From assembly GCA_020848375.1 (NCBI GenBank), contig JADLAF010000022.1:10663-74662 (forward strand): DNA of 64,000 bases. Reading direction: 5' to 3'. The stretch comes from Ignavibacteriaceae bacterium. Lineage in GTDB: Bacteria; Bacteroidota; Ignavibacteria; Ignavibacteriales; Ignavibacteriaceae. A model generated the notes under the pieces. It searched no databases and was not told the origin of the DNA. It saw nothing but the letters and a program-made list of their open reading frames with translations. The translations under genes and the position numbers were made by a program. Shown here one piece after another: positions 29,221 through 38,234 of the stretch (its first letter is position 1; each line of letters starts with the position of its first letter).

Positions 29221-30960
29221 ATGACTGCCCGGCTCATGATTTTTTCACTTGGTTTACTTTTTTATTTAAGTATATTTCCGCAGGGGCTCACCTTCCCGCT
29301 GGAAGTGATCGCTTCTAACAATCTGTTTAACAACAGACAGTTCGTCGCCTACGATAATAACGATAAGATTCATGTTTCTTACACCGGTCAGTCAGGTACG
29401 AACAGCAATTCGAGAGAAATTTATTATCTCCATGAAACAGACTCCAGATTTTCAGACACTTTCAACATTTCCTCAAACGGAGTTGATGACAATTATTCGA
29501 CGCTTTCCATTGATCAGAATAATAAAGTACATATCGTCTTCATCGGAAGGGATGCCGGCAACCTCTTTCAGTTAAAATACACCAACAATATCTCAGGCAG
29601 CTTTTTTACCCCTGTGTATCTTTCCACAGGAGGATTGAATAAAGCTACACCATACAGCAAAATCGGTCCGGACAGTGTTCTGCATATAGTATATTTTACT
29701 TATACCAATGATCCTGATAATGCCTATTATATGAAGCATGATTTACTAACCGGTCAGAGTTCCTCTCCCCTTCTCTTAGCAGCAGCAGAAACATCAGGAG
29801 ACTTTGATGCATGTCTCGATGTTGACAGCAATGGCAAGGTGCACATTCTTCTAAAATCAGGCGGAGTATTTGGCGGTCAGCTCCGTTATTACAATGATAT
29901 AACCGGAACAGTATCTCAGGTTAGTTTACCTGTAACTGCAAATGTAACAACCTGTAAAATTGCCGTTGATAAAACCAATCAGGTGCATATTGTTTACCGT
30001 CTTGAGTCAGAACTCCGTATGTATTACACAGCAGGTCAGAACGGTACATTTACTACACCGGTTGTTTTTACACCTCCCGGACAAAGGCCATCGGGTATGC
30101 AGAACATTGCGGTTGATGACAGCCAAAGAGTATATATCATCTATCAGTCATCTGCTTCAACTTCGGCTAAGGGATTTTATCTGGTTTACGGACAAAATGG
30201 AGTTTTCTCTGACACCACACTTGTCTATGAAATACCTCCTCAGTACGTTACCCGAAATTCATCTGCCATACTTGCTAAAGGGAACGGATATATTGCGACA
30301 TTTTTCACTCCCGGAGGAGTGAGGGATGGCGTTGTTCTTGCGGATATCTTTATGAAACGCGGGCAGTTGTTTGAACCCGTACCCATTGAGTTTATCAGTT
30401 TTAGCTACTCGGTTAATACTAATGTCTTGACGCTCAACTGGACTACTGCAAGCGAGACTAATAACAGTTTTTTTACCATTGAGAAGCATACGGAATACGG
30501 CTGGAACTCTGTTGCAATTATTAAAGGAGCAGGGACAACAACCGAATTACAAAACTATCAGTATGTAATATCATTTTTTAGTGAAGGTGACCGCTTCAGA
30601 ATAAGACAAACTGATTTAAATGGTGAGTTTTCTTTCAGCGGCGAAATAGTTATTCAATTCAGCAATACTACTGTCGAAGATTATGCAGTACTCACAAATT
30701 ATCCGAATCCGTTTAATCCGGCAACAACTATTAAATATACTTTAACCGGGGCAGGTTACGTTACTATTTCAGTTTATTCCTCATTGGGAGAACTGGTTGA
30801 TCTTTTGACCGATGCTGAACATGAGGCGGGCACATACCAGCTTAAGTGGAATGCAAAACAAAATCACTCGGGCATATATTTTGCAGTAATGGAATTCCAA
30901 ACTAAAGGGGAAAATCAATCCGCCAAGAGGTATTTTCAGAAATTGGTATTACTCAAGTAA
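29221..30960 (+). CDS. Secreted repeat (beta-propeller-like) protein with T9SS C-terminal sorting domain
   Basis: 579 aa with a signal peptide. It has six spaced (K/R)(V/I)(H/Y)I(V/I/L) strand motifs. The C-terminus has NYPNPFNPATTIKYTL...GIYFAVMEF, typical of a T9SS CTD. Confidence 0.65.
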   Translation: MTARLMIFSLGLLFYLSIFPQGLTFPLEVIASNNLFNNRQFVAYDNNDKIHVSYTGQSGTNSNSREIYYLHETDSRFSDTFNISSNGVDDNYSTLSIDQNNKVHIVFIGRDAGNLFQLKYTNNISGSFFTPVYLSTGGLNKATPYSKIGPDSVLHIVYFTYTNDPDNAYYMKHDLLTGQSSSPLLLAAAETSGDFDACLDVDSNGKVHILLKSGGVFGGQLRYYNDITGTVSQVSLPVTANVTTCKIAVDKTNQVHIVYRLESELRMYYTAGQNGTFTTPVVFTPPGQRPSGMQNIAVDDSQRVYIIYQSSASTSAKGFYLVYGQNGVFSDTTLVYEIPPQYVTRNSSAILAKGNGYIATFFTPGGVRDGVVLADIFMKRGQLFEPVPIEFISFSYSVNTNVLTLNWTTASETNNSFFTIEKHTEYGWNSVAIIKGAGTTTELQNYQYVISFFSEGDRFRIRQTDLNGEFSFSGEIVIQFSNTTVEDYAVLTNYPNPFNPATTIKYTLTGAGYVTISVYSSLGELVDLLTDAEHEAGTYQLKWNAKQNHSGIYFAVMEFQTKGENQSAKRYFQKLVLLK

Positions 30961-31004
30961 ACCGGGAAGACCCTCCGCTGCGTATCAGATAGTGTTAAAG
31001 GATA

Positions 31005-31202
31005 GTAGTCGTGACCTGTCATAAAGTGTAGATGAACCATTGATGACGATAGGACTACAGCAGACAGATAATTGTAGTGACAGGTCGTGACCTGTCATAA
31101 CGTGTAGATGAACCATTGATGACGATAGGACAACTCACGAGTTGTCCCTACAGCCAATATATAATCGTAGTGACAGGTCGTGACCTGTCATAAAGTGTAG
31201 AT
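31005..31202. repeat. Intergenic repeat array (2.6 copies) with a 9-2-9 palindromic core
   Basis: The unit is GTAGTGACAGGTCGTGACCTGTCATAA(A/C)GTGTAGATGAACCATTGATGACGATAGGAC. Copy 1 (31005-31055) lacks 7 nt, TGACAGG. Copy 2 (31074-31131) is full length at 58 nt. Copy 3 (31167-31202) is truncated. The core palindrome is TGACAGGTC-GT-GACCTGTCA. Confidence 0.9.
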
Positions 31203-31207
31203 ATATA

Positions 31208-31244
31208 AATTCAGAGACACACCGGAGCGCGTCTCTGAATTTTG
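31208..31244. terminator. Bidirectional terminator hairpin between convergent genes
   Basis: A 10-bp stem ATTCAGAGAC/GTCTCTGAAT (31209-31218 pairs with 31231-31240) is followed by TTTTG on the plus strand and by a T-rich TTTATATAT on the minus strand. Confidence 0.6.
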
Positions 31245-31252
31245 ATTATATA

Positions 31253-32785
31253 TTAAATTTCGAATTTAATACCCTGAGCCAACGGCAGGGTTTTTCCGAA
31301 GTTGATGGTGTTTGTCTGACGGCGCATATATAATTTCCATGCATCAGAACCTGACTCACGACCACCGCCGGTTTCCTTCTCACCGCCGAATGCTCCGCCA
31401 ATTTCTGCACCTGAGGTTCCGATATTCACATTTGCAATTCCGCAGTCAGAACCCCATCCGGAGAGGAACTCCTCAGCTTCGCGCATGTTGTTAGTGAAAA
31501 TTGCAGAGGAAAGACCCTGCACAACATCATTATGTATTTCAATTGCTTCGCTTACCTCACCTGAATATTTCATCAGATAAAGAATCGGTGCAAAAGTTTC
31601 TTCCTGGACTATTTCGTAATGATTCTCAGCTTCAACCAATGCCGGAGAAACGTAGCAGCCGGATTCATAACCCGGACCTGACAGATTTTCACCGCCAAAC
31701 AGAATCTTGCCCCCTTCAGTTTTAACTTTTTCTAATGCAGCGAGGAACGTTTTAACAGCATCTTTATCAATGAGCGGTCCCACATGGTTGTTTTCATTAA
31801 GCGGATCACCGATACGAAGTGAAGAATATGCCTTTGTAAGAGACTCTTTTACTTTGTCATAAATGGATTCATGGATAATAAGTCTTCTGGTAGAGGTGCA
31901 TCTTTGACCACAGGTACCAACCGCGCCAAATACCACAGCCGGAATAGCAAGTTTAAGATCAGCATCAGGAGTTATAATAATGCCGTTATTGCCACCCAGT
32001 TCAAGAATCATCTTCCCGAAACGTTTTCCGACAACTTCAGCGCAGTGGCGCCCTACTCTTGTGGAACCTGTAACGCTAACCAGCGGTACATTTTTATCCT
32101 CAAGCATTCTTTCACCAATGGTAACACCACGGCCAACGATAAGCGAGAAGACACCTTCCGGAACATTGTTTTCTTTAAGAACATCCGCAATCAGGTTCTG
32201 TATCGCAATGGCACTTAGAGGTACTTTTGAAGAGGGTTTCCACAGGTTCACATCACCGCAGACTGCTGCCAGCATAGCATTCCAGCCCCATACCGCAACC
32301 GGGAAGTTGAAGGCAGTCACGATTCCAACGATTCCAAGTGGATGGTACTGATCATACATCCGGTGATTTGGACGTTCTGATACCATCGTATTTCCGTAAA
32401 GCTGACGAGAAAGTCCTACGGCAAAATCGCAGATATCAATAATTTCCTGAACTTCTCCCATTCCCTCCTGAAGTGATTTACCCATCTCGAAGGAAACCAG
32501 ACTTCCAAGGGGTTTTTTGTATTCGCGGAGTTTGTTTCCGATCTGCCGGACTACTTCACCTCTCTTTGGAGCAGGCAGTTTCCTCCATACCTTAAAGGCC
32601 TCCTTACCTTTCTCAATAAGATCGTGATAATCCTTTTCACTCGCCTGATAAACTGAACCAATATACTCCCCGGTAGCCGGAGAAGAAATTTTCAGTTCAC
32701 CCTGATCGGTGGTATTGTACCAATTCAGCCCTGAAGCTGCGCCATAATTCTTGTCTTTAATGCCTAATTGCTTTAAAAATTCCAT
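31253..32785 (-). CDS. ALDH7-type aldehyde dehydrogenase (alpha-aminoadipic semialdehyde / piperideine-6-carboxylate dehydrogenase-like)
   Basis: 510 aa. The N-terminus (LKQLGI...NYGA..G..W) and length are typical of the ALDH7/antiquitin family. It has ELGGNN and the GQRCTSTRR catalytic cysteine. It is divergently paired with a lysine 6-aminotransferase-like gene. Confidence 0.7.
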   Translation of the reverse strand: MEFLKQLGIKDKNYGAASGLNWYNTTDQGELKISSPATGEYIGSVYQASEKDYHDLIEKGKEAFKVWRKLPAPKRGEVVRQIGNKLREYKKPLGSLVSFEMGKSLQEGMGEVQEIIDICDFAVGLSRQLYGNTMVSERPNHRMYDQYHPLGIVGIVTAFNFPVAVWGWNAMLAAVCGDVNLWKPSSKVPLSAIAIQNLIADVLKENNVPEGVFSLIVGRGVTIGERMLEDKNVPLVSVTGSTRVGRHCAEVVGKRFGKMILELGGNNGIIITPDADLKLAIPAVVFGAVGTCGQRCTSTRRLIIHESIYDKVKESLTKAYSSLRIGDPLNENNHVGPLIDKDAVKTFLAALEKVKTEGGKILFGGENLSGPGYESGCYVSPALVEAENHYEIVQEETFAPILYLMKYSGEVSEAIEIHNDVVQGLSSAIFTNNMREAEEFLSGWGSDCGIANVNIGTSGAEIGGAFGGEKETGGGRESGSDAWKLYMRRQTNTINFGKTLPLAQGIKFEI

Positions 32786-32911
32786 TGTTATCCTATGAAA
32801 AAAATCGAAAAAAGTAACTGCAAATATACCAAATTTGGGTGTCCTCTCAGAGCAGACCTGCTCCTCATACCATCAAAAAACAGGGGGGAAAATGGAGCAG
32901 TGCTCATCAAA

Positions 32912-32943
32912 CTTGTAAAATTCTGAAACTATCTTTAAATTTG
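32912..32943 (+). promoter_or_regulatory. Bacteroidetes-type promoter candidate for the lysine aminotransferase gene
   Basis: CTTG (32912-32915)-N20-TAAATTTG (32936-32943) lies about 160 nt upstream of the ATG at 33103. Confidence 0.4.
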
Positions 32944-33102
32944 CATTCCATTAATTAAGACATCATGAATCACATTTTCGACAGATACAGCAAAAGAAGC
33001 TATCTCGTTTCGAGATTTGAAAATGTATTTTAAACTTACCTGATCTCCCCGTTCTTTTTTCTTAAATAGTTTTTAAAATTTTTAACTTTTATAGGTATTC
33101 AC

Positions 33103-34452
33103 ATGGAAATTGTGCATAATTCCCCGTTTTCTGCGGTTAAAGCTGATGATGTACACTCTGTTTTATCAAAAAATATGCTGGCTGACGGCTTTGAATTCAT
33201 TTTAGATCTGGAAAAAAGCCAGGGTTCATGGCTTTATGATTCAAGAAACGGAGACCGGTATCTGGATTTTTTCTCATTTTTTGCCTCAAATGCTCTTGGG
33301 ATGAATCATCCGGCTGTTTCTACACCAGAATTCAAGGAGAAACTCTTCCTTGCAGCAAGGAACAAGCCATCTAATTCTGATATGTACTCAGAGTATATGG
33401 CTGAATTTGTTCAGACTTTCGCTGAAATTGCCAAACCGGACCATTTTAAGTATCTCTTCTTTGTTGAAGGCGGTGCCGTTGCGGTAGAAAACGGATTAAA
33501 GGTAGCTTTCGACTGGAAAGTTAAAAAGAACTTCAAGAAAGGTTATAATGAGGAAAAGGGCTCCAAAGTTCTTCATTTCAGGGAAGCGTTCCACGGAAGA
33601 ACTGGTTATACTATGTCTCTAACCAATACTGATCTCAATAAAGTTCAGTACTACCCGAAATTCGATTGGCCGAGAATTACCAACCCGAAAATAACCTTTC
33701 CACTGGAGAGCAATTTAGATCATGTAATTGCTCTTGAGAACCAGGCAATCTCTGAGATTGAAGCGGCAATTGCAGCGAATATAGATGATATTGCGGTAAT
33801 TATACTCGAACCGATTCAGGCAGAGGGGGGAGATAATTTCTTCCGTAAAGAGTTCTTCCTCAAACTCCGTGAAATCGCAGATGCAAATGATATTCTGCTT
33901 ATGTTTGACGAGGTACAAACCGGTATGGGTATGACAGGTACTATGTGGGCATCCGAACACTATGTAATGCCCGATATTATCTCATTTGGCAAGAAATTCC
34001 AGGTGTGTGGCATAATGGTTTCTGACCGGATTGATGATATTGAAGACCATTGCTTCCGTAAGTCAAGCCGTATCAACTCAACCTGGGGCGGAAATCTGAC
34101 AGATATGGTCAGAGCAACCAAAATTCTTGAAGTTGTCAGAGATGAAAATCTACTTGAAAACTCAAGAAATATCGGTGCTTTCCTGATTGAAAATCTGAAG
34201 GATATTCAGAAGAGTTTCACTGGACTTGTGCAAAATGTAAGAGGATTAGGTCTGATGTGTGCATTCGATTTCCCTAATCCTGACCTGAGAAATGAATTCA
34301 TGAAGGAACTCTACCGCCAGAAAATCGCTATTCTTGGCTGCGGTACCCGGTCCATCCGTTTCCGTAACCCGTTAACGGTTAACAAAGAGGATATGACAAA
34401 GGGCTTGCAGATAATGAGGGATGTTTTATATTTGATGTCATCAAAAAACTAA
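33103..34452 (+). CDS. lat: L-lysine 6-(epsilon)-aminotransferase-like class III PLP aminotransferase
   Basis: 449 aa. The N-terminal block (LADGFEFILDLEKSQGSWLYDSRNGDRYLDFFSFFAS) resembles bacterial LAT. Class III aminotransferase features are DEVQTGMG and the PLP lysine in SFGKK. Confidence 0.65.
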   Translation: MEIVHNSPFSAVKADDVHSVLSKNMLADGFEFILDLEKSQGSWLYDSRNGDRYLDFFSFFASNALGMNHPAVSTPEFKEKLFLAARNKPSNSDMYSEYMAEFVQTFAEIAKPDHFKYLFFVEGGAVAVENGLKVAFDWKVKKNFKKGYNEEKGSKVLHFREAFHGRTGYTMSLTNTDLNKVQYYPKFDWPRITNPKITFPLESNLDHVIALENQAISEIEAAIAANIDDIAVIILEPIQAEGGDNFFRKEFFLKLREIADANDILLMFDEVQTGMGMTGTMWASEHYVMPDIISFGKKFQVCGIMVSDRIDDIEDHCFRKSSRINSTWGGNLTDMVRATKILEVVRDENLLENSRNIGAFLIENLKDIQKSFTGLVQNVRGLGLMCAFDFPNPDLRNEFMKELYRQKIAILGCGTRSIRFRNPLTVNKEDMTKGLQIMRDVLYLMSSKN

Positions 34453-34475
34453 TTTATAATACTACTTGCATGGTG

Positions 34476-34507
34476 CGGCTCCCCTTTATCGGGGAGCCGT
34501 TTCCATT
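34476..34507 (+). terminator. Rho-independent terminator after lat
   Basis: A 9-bp GC-rich stem CGGCTCCCC/GGGGAGCCG with a 6-nt loop is followed by the T-rich tail TTTCCATTTT. Confidence 0.65.
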
Positions 34508-34517
34508 TTAAAGACTT

Positions 34518-35228
34518 ATGCTTTATGTTGCTGCAACCCCTATAGGTAATCTTGAGGATATAACACTCAGAGTCATTCGACTACTTAAAGAAGCTGACCT
34601 TGTCCTCTGCGAGGATACCCGTGTGACTGGTATTCTCCTTAAACATTTTGAGATTCCGCATAAAGAGTTTATTGTAATCAATGCCTTTAATGAAGCGAAA
34701 AATCTTGATTGGATTATCGGGAAAATAGCTCAGGCAAAAATTGCAGTGCTTGTTTCGGATGCAGGTACTCCGGGTATTTCAGATCCAGGAGTTCGGCTGG
34801 TAAACGCGGCCAGAACAGCCGGAATTGAAATTGTTGCTCTCCCGGGTCCCTCTTCTGTTACCGCGGCCCTTTCAATTGCAGGAATTCCCACTGACTCATA
34901 TCTTTTCGAGGGATTTCTCCCTCTTAAAAAAGGAAGACAAAAGAAATTGAAGGAGATTGCAGAAATCAATTCTACTATCGTTCTTTTTGAATCAAGCCAT
35001 AGGATTGAAAAGTTGCTAAGTGAACTTCATCTGTATATACCAGACCGTTTAGTTCTGGTGATGCGTGAAATTACAAAAAAGTTTGAAGAGACATGGGAAG
35101 GATATCCCTACCAGCTAAAGGAATCATTCCTATCTAAAGTGAGCAAGGGTGAGTTTGTTGTTCTGATTGCAAAGAAGGGATTTAGACGATCAGACGGAAT
35201 TGAATTTACACCTCCTGAACAGCTATGA
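34518..35228 (+). CDS. rsmI: 16S rRNA (cytidine1402-2'-O)-methyltransferase
   Basis: 236 aa. The N-terminus LYVAATPIGNLEDITLRVIRLLKEADLVLCEDTR and the motif SDAGTPGISDPG are typical of RsmI. Confidence 0.85.
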   Translation: MLYVAATPIGNLEDITLRVIRLLKEADLVLCEDTRVTGILLKHFEIPHKEFIVINAFNEAKNLDWIIGKIAQAKIAVLVSDAGTPGISDPGVRLVNAARTAGIEIVALPGPSSVTAALSIAGIPTDSYLFEGFLPLKKGRQKKLKEIAEINSTIVLFESSHRIEKLLSELHLYIPDRLVLVMREITKKFEETWEGYPYQLKESFLSKVSKGEFVVLIAKKGFRRSDGIEFTPPEQL

Positions 35229-35931
35229 AATAATAATCGTTCACAATTGTTTGTATTGCGGTAATATCCGGTTTTAGTGAAATGCCCAGCCGTTTGCTGA
35301 TTAATTCTGCTGTCTTTTCTACTAAATCAGAGTCGCCTTGCCGGTAAAGTCCGGTTTTCACACGGTCAATAACTTCCTTTATCAGCCGAATTTCTTCATC
35401 ATGTAACAATATAACTTCAGGGTAGGTAACTTTGTATGAGGGAGGAAACTTCATTATATATTGCCCGCCGGTCAGTCTTTTTAACGGGAGATGAACCACT
35501 GTTGTACCGGCAGCGAAATCCCCCATCCTCTGACCCCTTCCCGTTACCAGATAGGTTAAGATTGCAAGCCCCCCAAATGTAAAACTGATATCCACAAATC
35601 TTGTAACCCACCTGAGGAAATATGATGTAAATGAAGGTGAAGAACCGTCAAGGCGGATAACTTTTACCTTCAGCATCATTTTTGCCGGACTCTGACCGTT
35701 AAAAAAGTATTCAAACAGCAAATCATAAAAGAAAAGAGGTAAATAAAAAATTATACCTGCCGTGTAAGACAGATCTCCGACAAAGAACTGATTCAGCATA
35801 AAAAAGACACTGATAATGTAAATAGTTATTACAGCAGCATCAATAAACCATCCGGCTATTCTTAGACCGAGAGACGCACACTCGAAGTTAATTTTTACAT
35901 TCTGAGTCGTATCAATTTGTACAGTGCTCAT
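35206..35931 (-). CDS. RDD-family membrane protein
   Basis: 241 aa. It has the RDD-type arrangement (GLRIAGWFIDAAV ... three TM helices ... GQRMGDFAAGT) plus a soluble C-terminal tail. It is the last gene of the MoxR cluster. Confidence 0.65.
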   Translation of the reverse strand: MSTVQIDTTQNVKINFECASLGLRIAGWFIDAAVITIYIISVFFMLNQFFVGDLSYTAGIIFYLPLFFYDLLFEYFFNGQSPAKMMLKVKVIRLDGSSPSFTSYFLRWVTRFVDISFTFGGLAILTYLVTGRGQRMGDFAAGTTVVHLPLKRLTGGQYIMKFPPSYKVTYPEVILLHDEEIRLIKEVIDRVKTGLYRQGDSDLVEKTAELISKRLGISLKPDITAIQTIVNDYYFIAVQEV

Positions 35932-35949
35932 ACACCTGCCTGGTTCATC

Positions 35950-37281
35950 TTATAACATTCCTTTTTTCTTGAACTCAATATACTTACTCAGAACATCAGT
36001 GTTTAATGATTCAGGGGCAGTCAGAATTGCAGGAATTCCGCGCAGTTCGAGTTCCTTAACAATTCTGAGTTTCTCGGCAGAAAAGCGAAGTATAGTCTCT
36101 TTCAGAAGTAAATCTTCTACACTAAGAGGAGTATCATCAAGTGCACGGCGGACTTCTGTGTTTTCAAAAAAGATTACTGTGACCAGATGATATTTTGCGA
36201 GCCGTATTATATACGCAATTTGTCTTAGTAGCGAACCGGGAGTTTCAAAATTGGTATAAAGAAGTACCAGACTTCTTTGCCGGACTCTTGAAAGGAAATA
36301 AGCTGAAAATGATTCAAAATCTGTCTCACCAAATTCAGTAGTTACGCTATAAAGAGAATCATTTATTATCTGAAGATGTTTTTTACTGTTTTCAGCGGTA
36401 ATCAACGAAGTTTTTCTCTCATTGATAAGCCCAATCCCCGCGCGGTCCTGTTTGAGCATTGCAATGTCGGAAATCATCAGCGAAGCATTCACTGCATAAT
36501 CAATAAGCCGCATGCCGTTAAAAGGCATCTTCATCACCCGACCGCAGTCAATAATCGAATAAATCTGTTGTGAAATTTCATCAGTAAAATGATTAACCAT
36601 AAGTTTGTTTCGTCTGGCAGTTGCTTTCCAGTTTATACTGCGTAAATCATCACCCGGGACATAATCCTTTATCTGCTCAAATTCCATTGAATGGCCAATT
36701 CTTCGAACTTTTTTCATTCCGCTTACCAGAACCTTCTCATTCACAGCAGTCAGTTCATATTTCTTGAGGTGCAGAAACGACGGATAAACTTTTACGCTCT
36801 CTTCAGTACCAAAGCTGAATCTGCGCCTGAATAACCGGATCGGACTGTGAAGAAAAACTCGTGTAAGTCCAAAAGAATACTCCCCTCTCTGAACCGGTCT
36901 CATGGTAAATTCAGCAGACTTTGATTCTCGCCCGGCTAAAAATAAATCTTTTCTGATGTCACGTCTTTGAAACTGAGCCGGTATTTCATCAATCAATGTA
37001 ACGAAGATTTTTCTTGCTGTCAGGTTCTCCAGAATTATTTGATACACATTTTCATCACCGTTTGAAAACCGTGCCGGTAGTATTCTTTTCCCTAAAATCT
37101 GTTCATCTGAAACAAAAAGGTGTAATACCTCAGCCGTTATAATAGTAAAAACTATCACTGATATTACATGGCCAAAGAAAACCGGCTGATTAAAAATATA
37201 CAACACAACCCATGCAGCAGCCAAAGAGCAGAGAATCAGGAAGAAACGCGTATTAACGTAAATCTGAGAAAAATATCTCAT
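35950..37281 (-). CDS. DUF58-family protein (vWA-like, MoxR-associated)
   Basis: 443 aa with two N-terminal TM helices. The hallmark DUF58 block is DYVPGDDLRSINWKATARRNKLMVNHF. The start overlaps the MoxR stop by 1 nt. Confidence 0.8.
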   Translation of the reverse strand: MRYFSQIYVNTRFFLILCSLAAAWVVLYIFNQPVFFGHVISVIVFTIITAEVLHLFVSDEQILGKRILPARFSNGDENVYQIILENLTARKIFVTLIDEIPAQFQRRDIRKDLFLAGRESKSAEFTMRPVQRGEYSFGLTRVFLHSPIRLFRRRFSFGTEESVKVYPSFLHLKKYELTAVNEKVLVSGMKKVRRIGHSMEFEQIKDYVPGDDLRSINWKATARRNKLMVNHFTDEISQQIYSIIDCGRVMKMPFNGMRLIDYAVNASLMISDIAMLKQDRAGIGLINERKTSLITAENSKKHLQIINDSLYSVTTEFGETDFESFSAYFLSRVRQRSLVLLYTNFETPGSLLRQIAYIIRLAKYHLVTVIFFENTEVRRALDDTPLSVEDLLLKETILRFSAEKLRIVKELELRGIPAILTAPESLNTDVLSKYIEFKKKGML

Positions 37282-38234
37282 CAGCGGGGGACTTCAATCC
37301 GGTCTATTATTAACTTAATCAGATCATCCGGCTTAAGCCCTTCCATTTCCTTCTCAGGTGACAATATTATCCTGTGTCTGAGTGCAGGCAATGCCACTGC
37401 TTTAATATCATCGGGAATGATGTATGGTCTCCCCTGCAAAATAGCGTATGCCTTTGCCGACCTCATAATTGAAATAGATGCTCTAGGGGAGCCGCCTAAA
37501 ACTATATCTCGGCTTTTTCTTGTCGCACTTACGATTGAAGAAATATAACCGGCAATTTTTTCGTCAATATAGATGGATTCCACTTTATTTCTGATAACTG
37601 CAATTTCCTCAATAGTGATAACCGGGTTAATCTGGCTTAGTTTGTCCACGGCGGAAATACTCTGATAATTCATCAGAATCTGAATTTCTTCTAAGTCTGA
37701 GGGGTAATCAATAAGTACCTTAAAAAGAAACCTGTCTAATTGTGCTTCTGGTAACCGATAGGTACCCTCCTGCTCTATAGGGTTTTGTGTTGCGTAAACA
37801 ATGAAAGGAGGAGGCAACTTATACGTTGTGCCATCGACCGAAATTTGTTTTTCTTCCATTACTTCGAAAAGAGCGGACTGGGTTTTAGCCGGTGCCCGGT
37901 TAATCTCATCAATGAGAATGATATTGGAGAACAGAGGTCCCTTTCTGAAGAAAAAATCTGATTTAACTGAATCAAAAATCATAGTACCTATCAAATCACT
38001 TGGCATAAGATCCGGCGTAAACTGAATACGGCTGAAATCCGCTGAAATAGTTTTTGAAATACACTTTGCAAGTAATGTTTTCGCAATTCCTGGCACACCT
38101 TCAATAAGGATATGTCCGTCAGCAAGAAGTCCGGTTATTAACTGTTCGGTAATTTTTTCCTGTCCGACTATAACTTTACTGATTTCTTTTTTCAGACGGT
38201 CAAGAGTTTCAAATACGAGATCTTCTTTTTGCAT
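37281..38234 (-). CDS. MoxR-family AAA+ ATPase
   Basis: 317 aa. It has VVGQEKITEQLITGLLADGHILIEGVPGIAKT (Walker A), ILIDEINRA (Walker B) and ATQNPIEQEGTYRLPEAQLDRF. Confidence 0.9.
   Translation of the reverse strand: MQKEDLVFETLDRLKKEISKVIVGQEKITEQLITGLLADGHILIEGVPGIAKTLLAKCISKTISADFSRIQFTPDLMPSDLIGTMIFDSVKSDFFFRKGPLFSNIILIDEINRAPAKTQSALFEVMEEKQISVDGTTYKLPPPFIVYATQNPIEQEGTYRLPEAQLDRFLFKVLIDYPSDLEEIQILMNYQSISAVDKLSQINPVITIEEIAVIRNKVESIYIDEKIAGYISSIVSATRKSRDIVLGGSPRASISIMRSAKAYAILQGRPYIIPDDIKAVALPALRHRIILSPEKEMEGLKPDDLIKLIIDRIEVPR

Noticed and set aside
31005-31202. Possible small CRISPR array
   Set aside because: There are only 2.6 repeats with irregular spacing (about 69 and 93 nt). The would-be spacers share their first 22 nt (GAACCATTGATGACGATAGGAC), so they are part of the repeat unit rather than unique spacers. 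No cas genes are in the window.
35206-35228. 23-nt convergent overlap of the rsmI and RDD-protein 3' ends as a possible antisense regulatory feature
   Set aside because: Short convergent 3' overlaps are common in compact genomes. There is no additional structure or motif here to suggest regulation.
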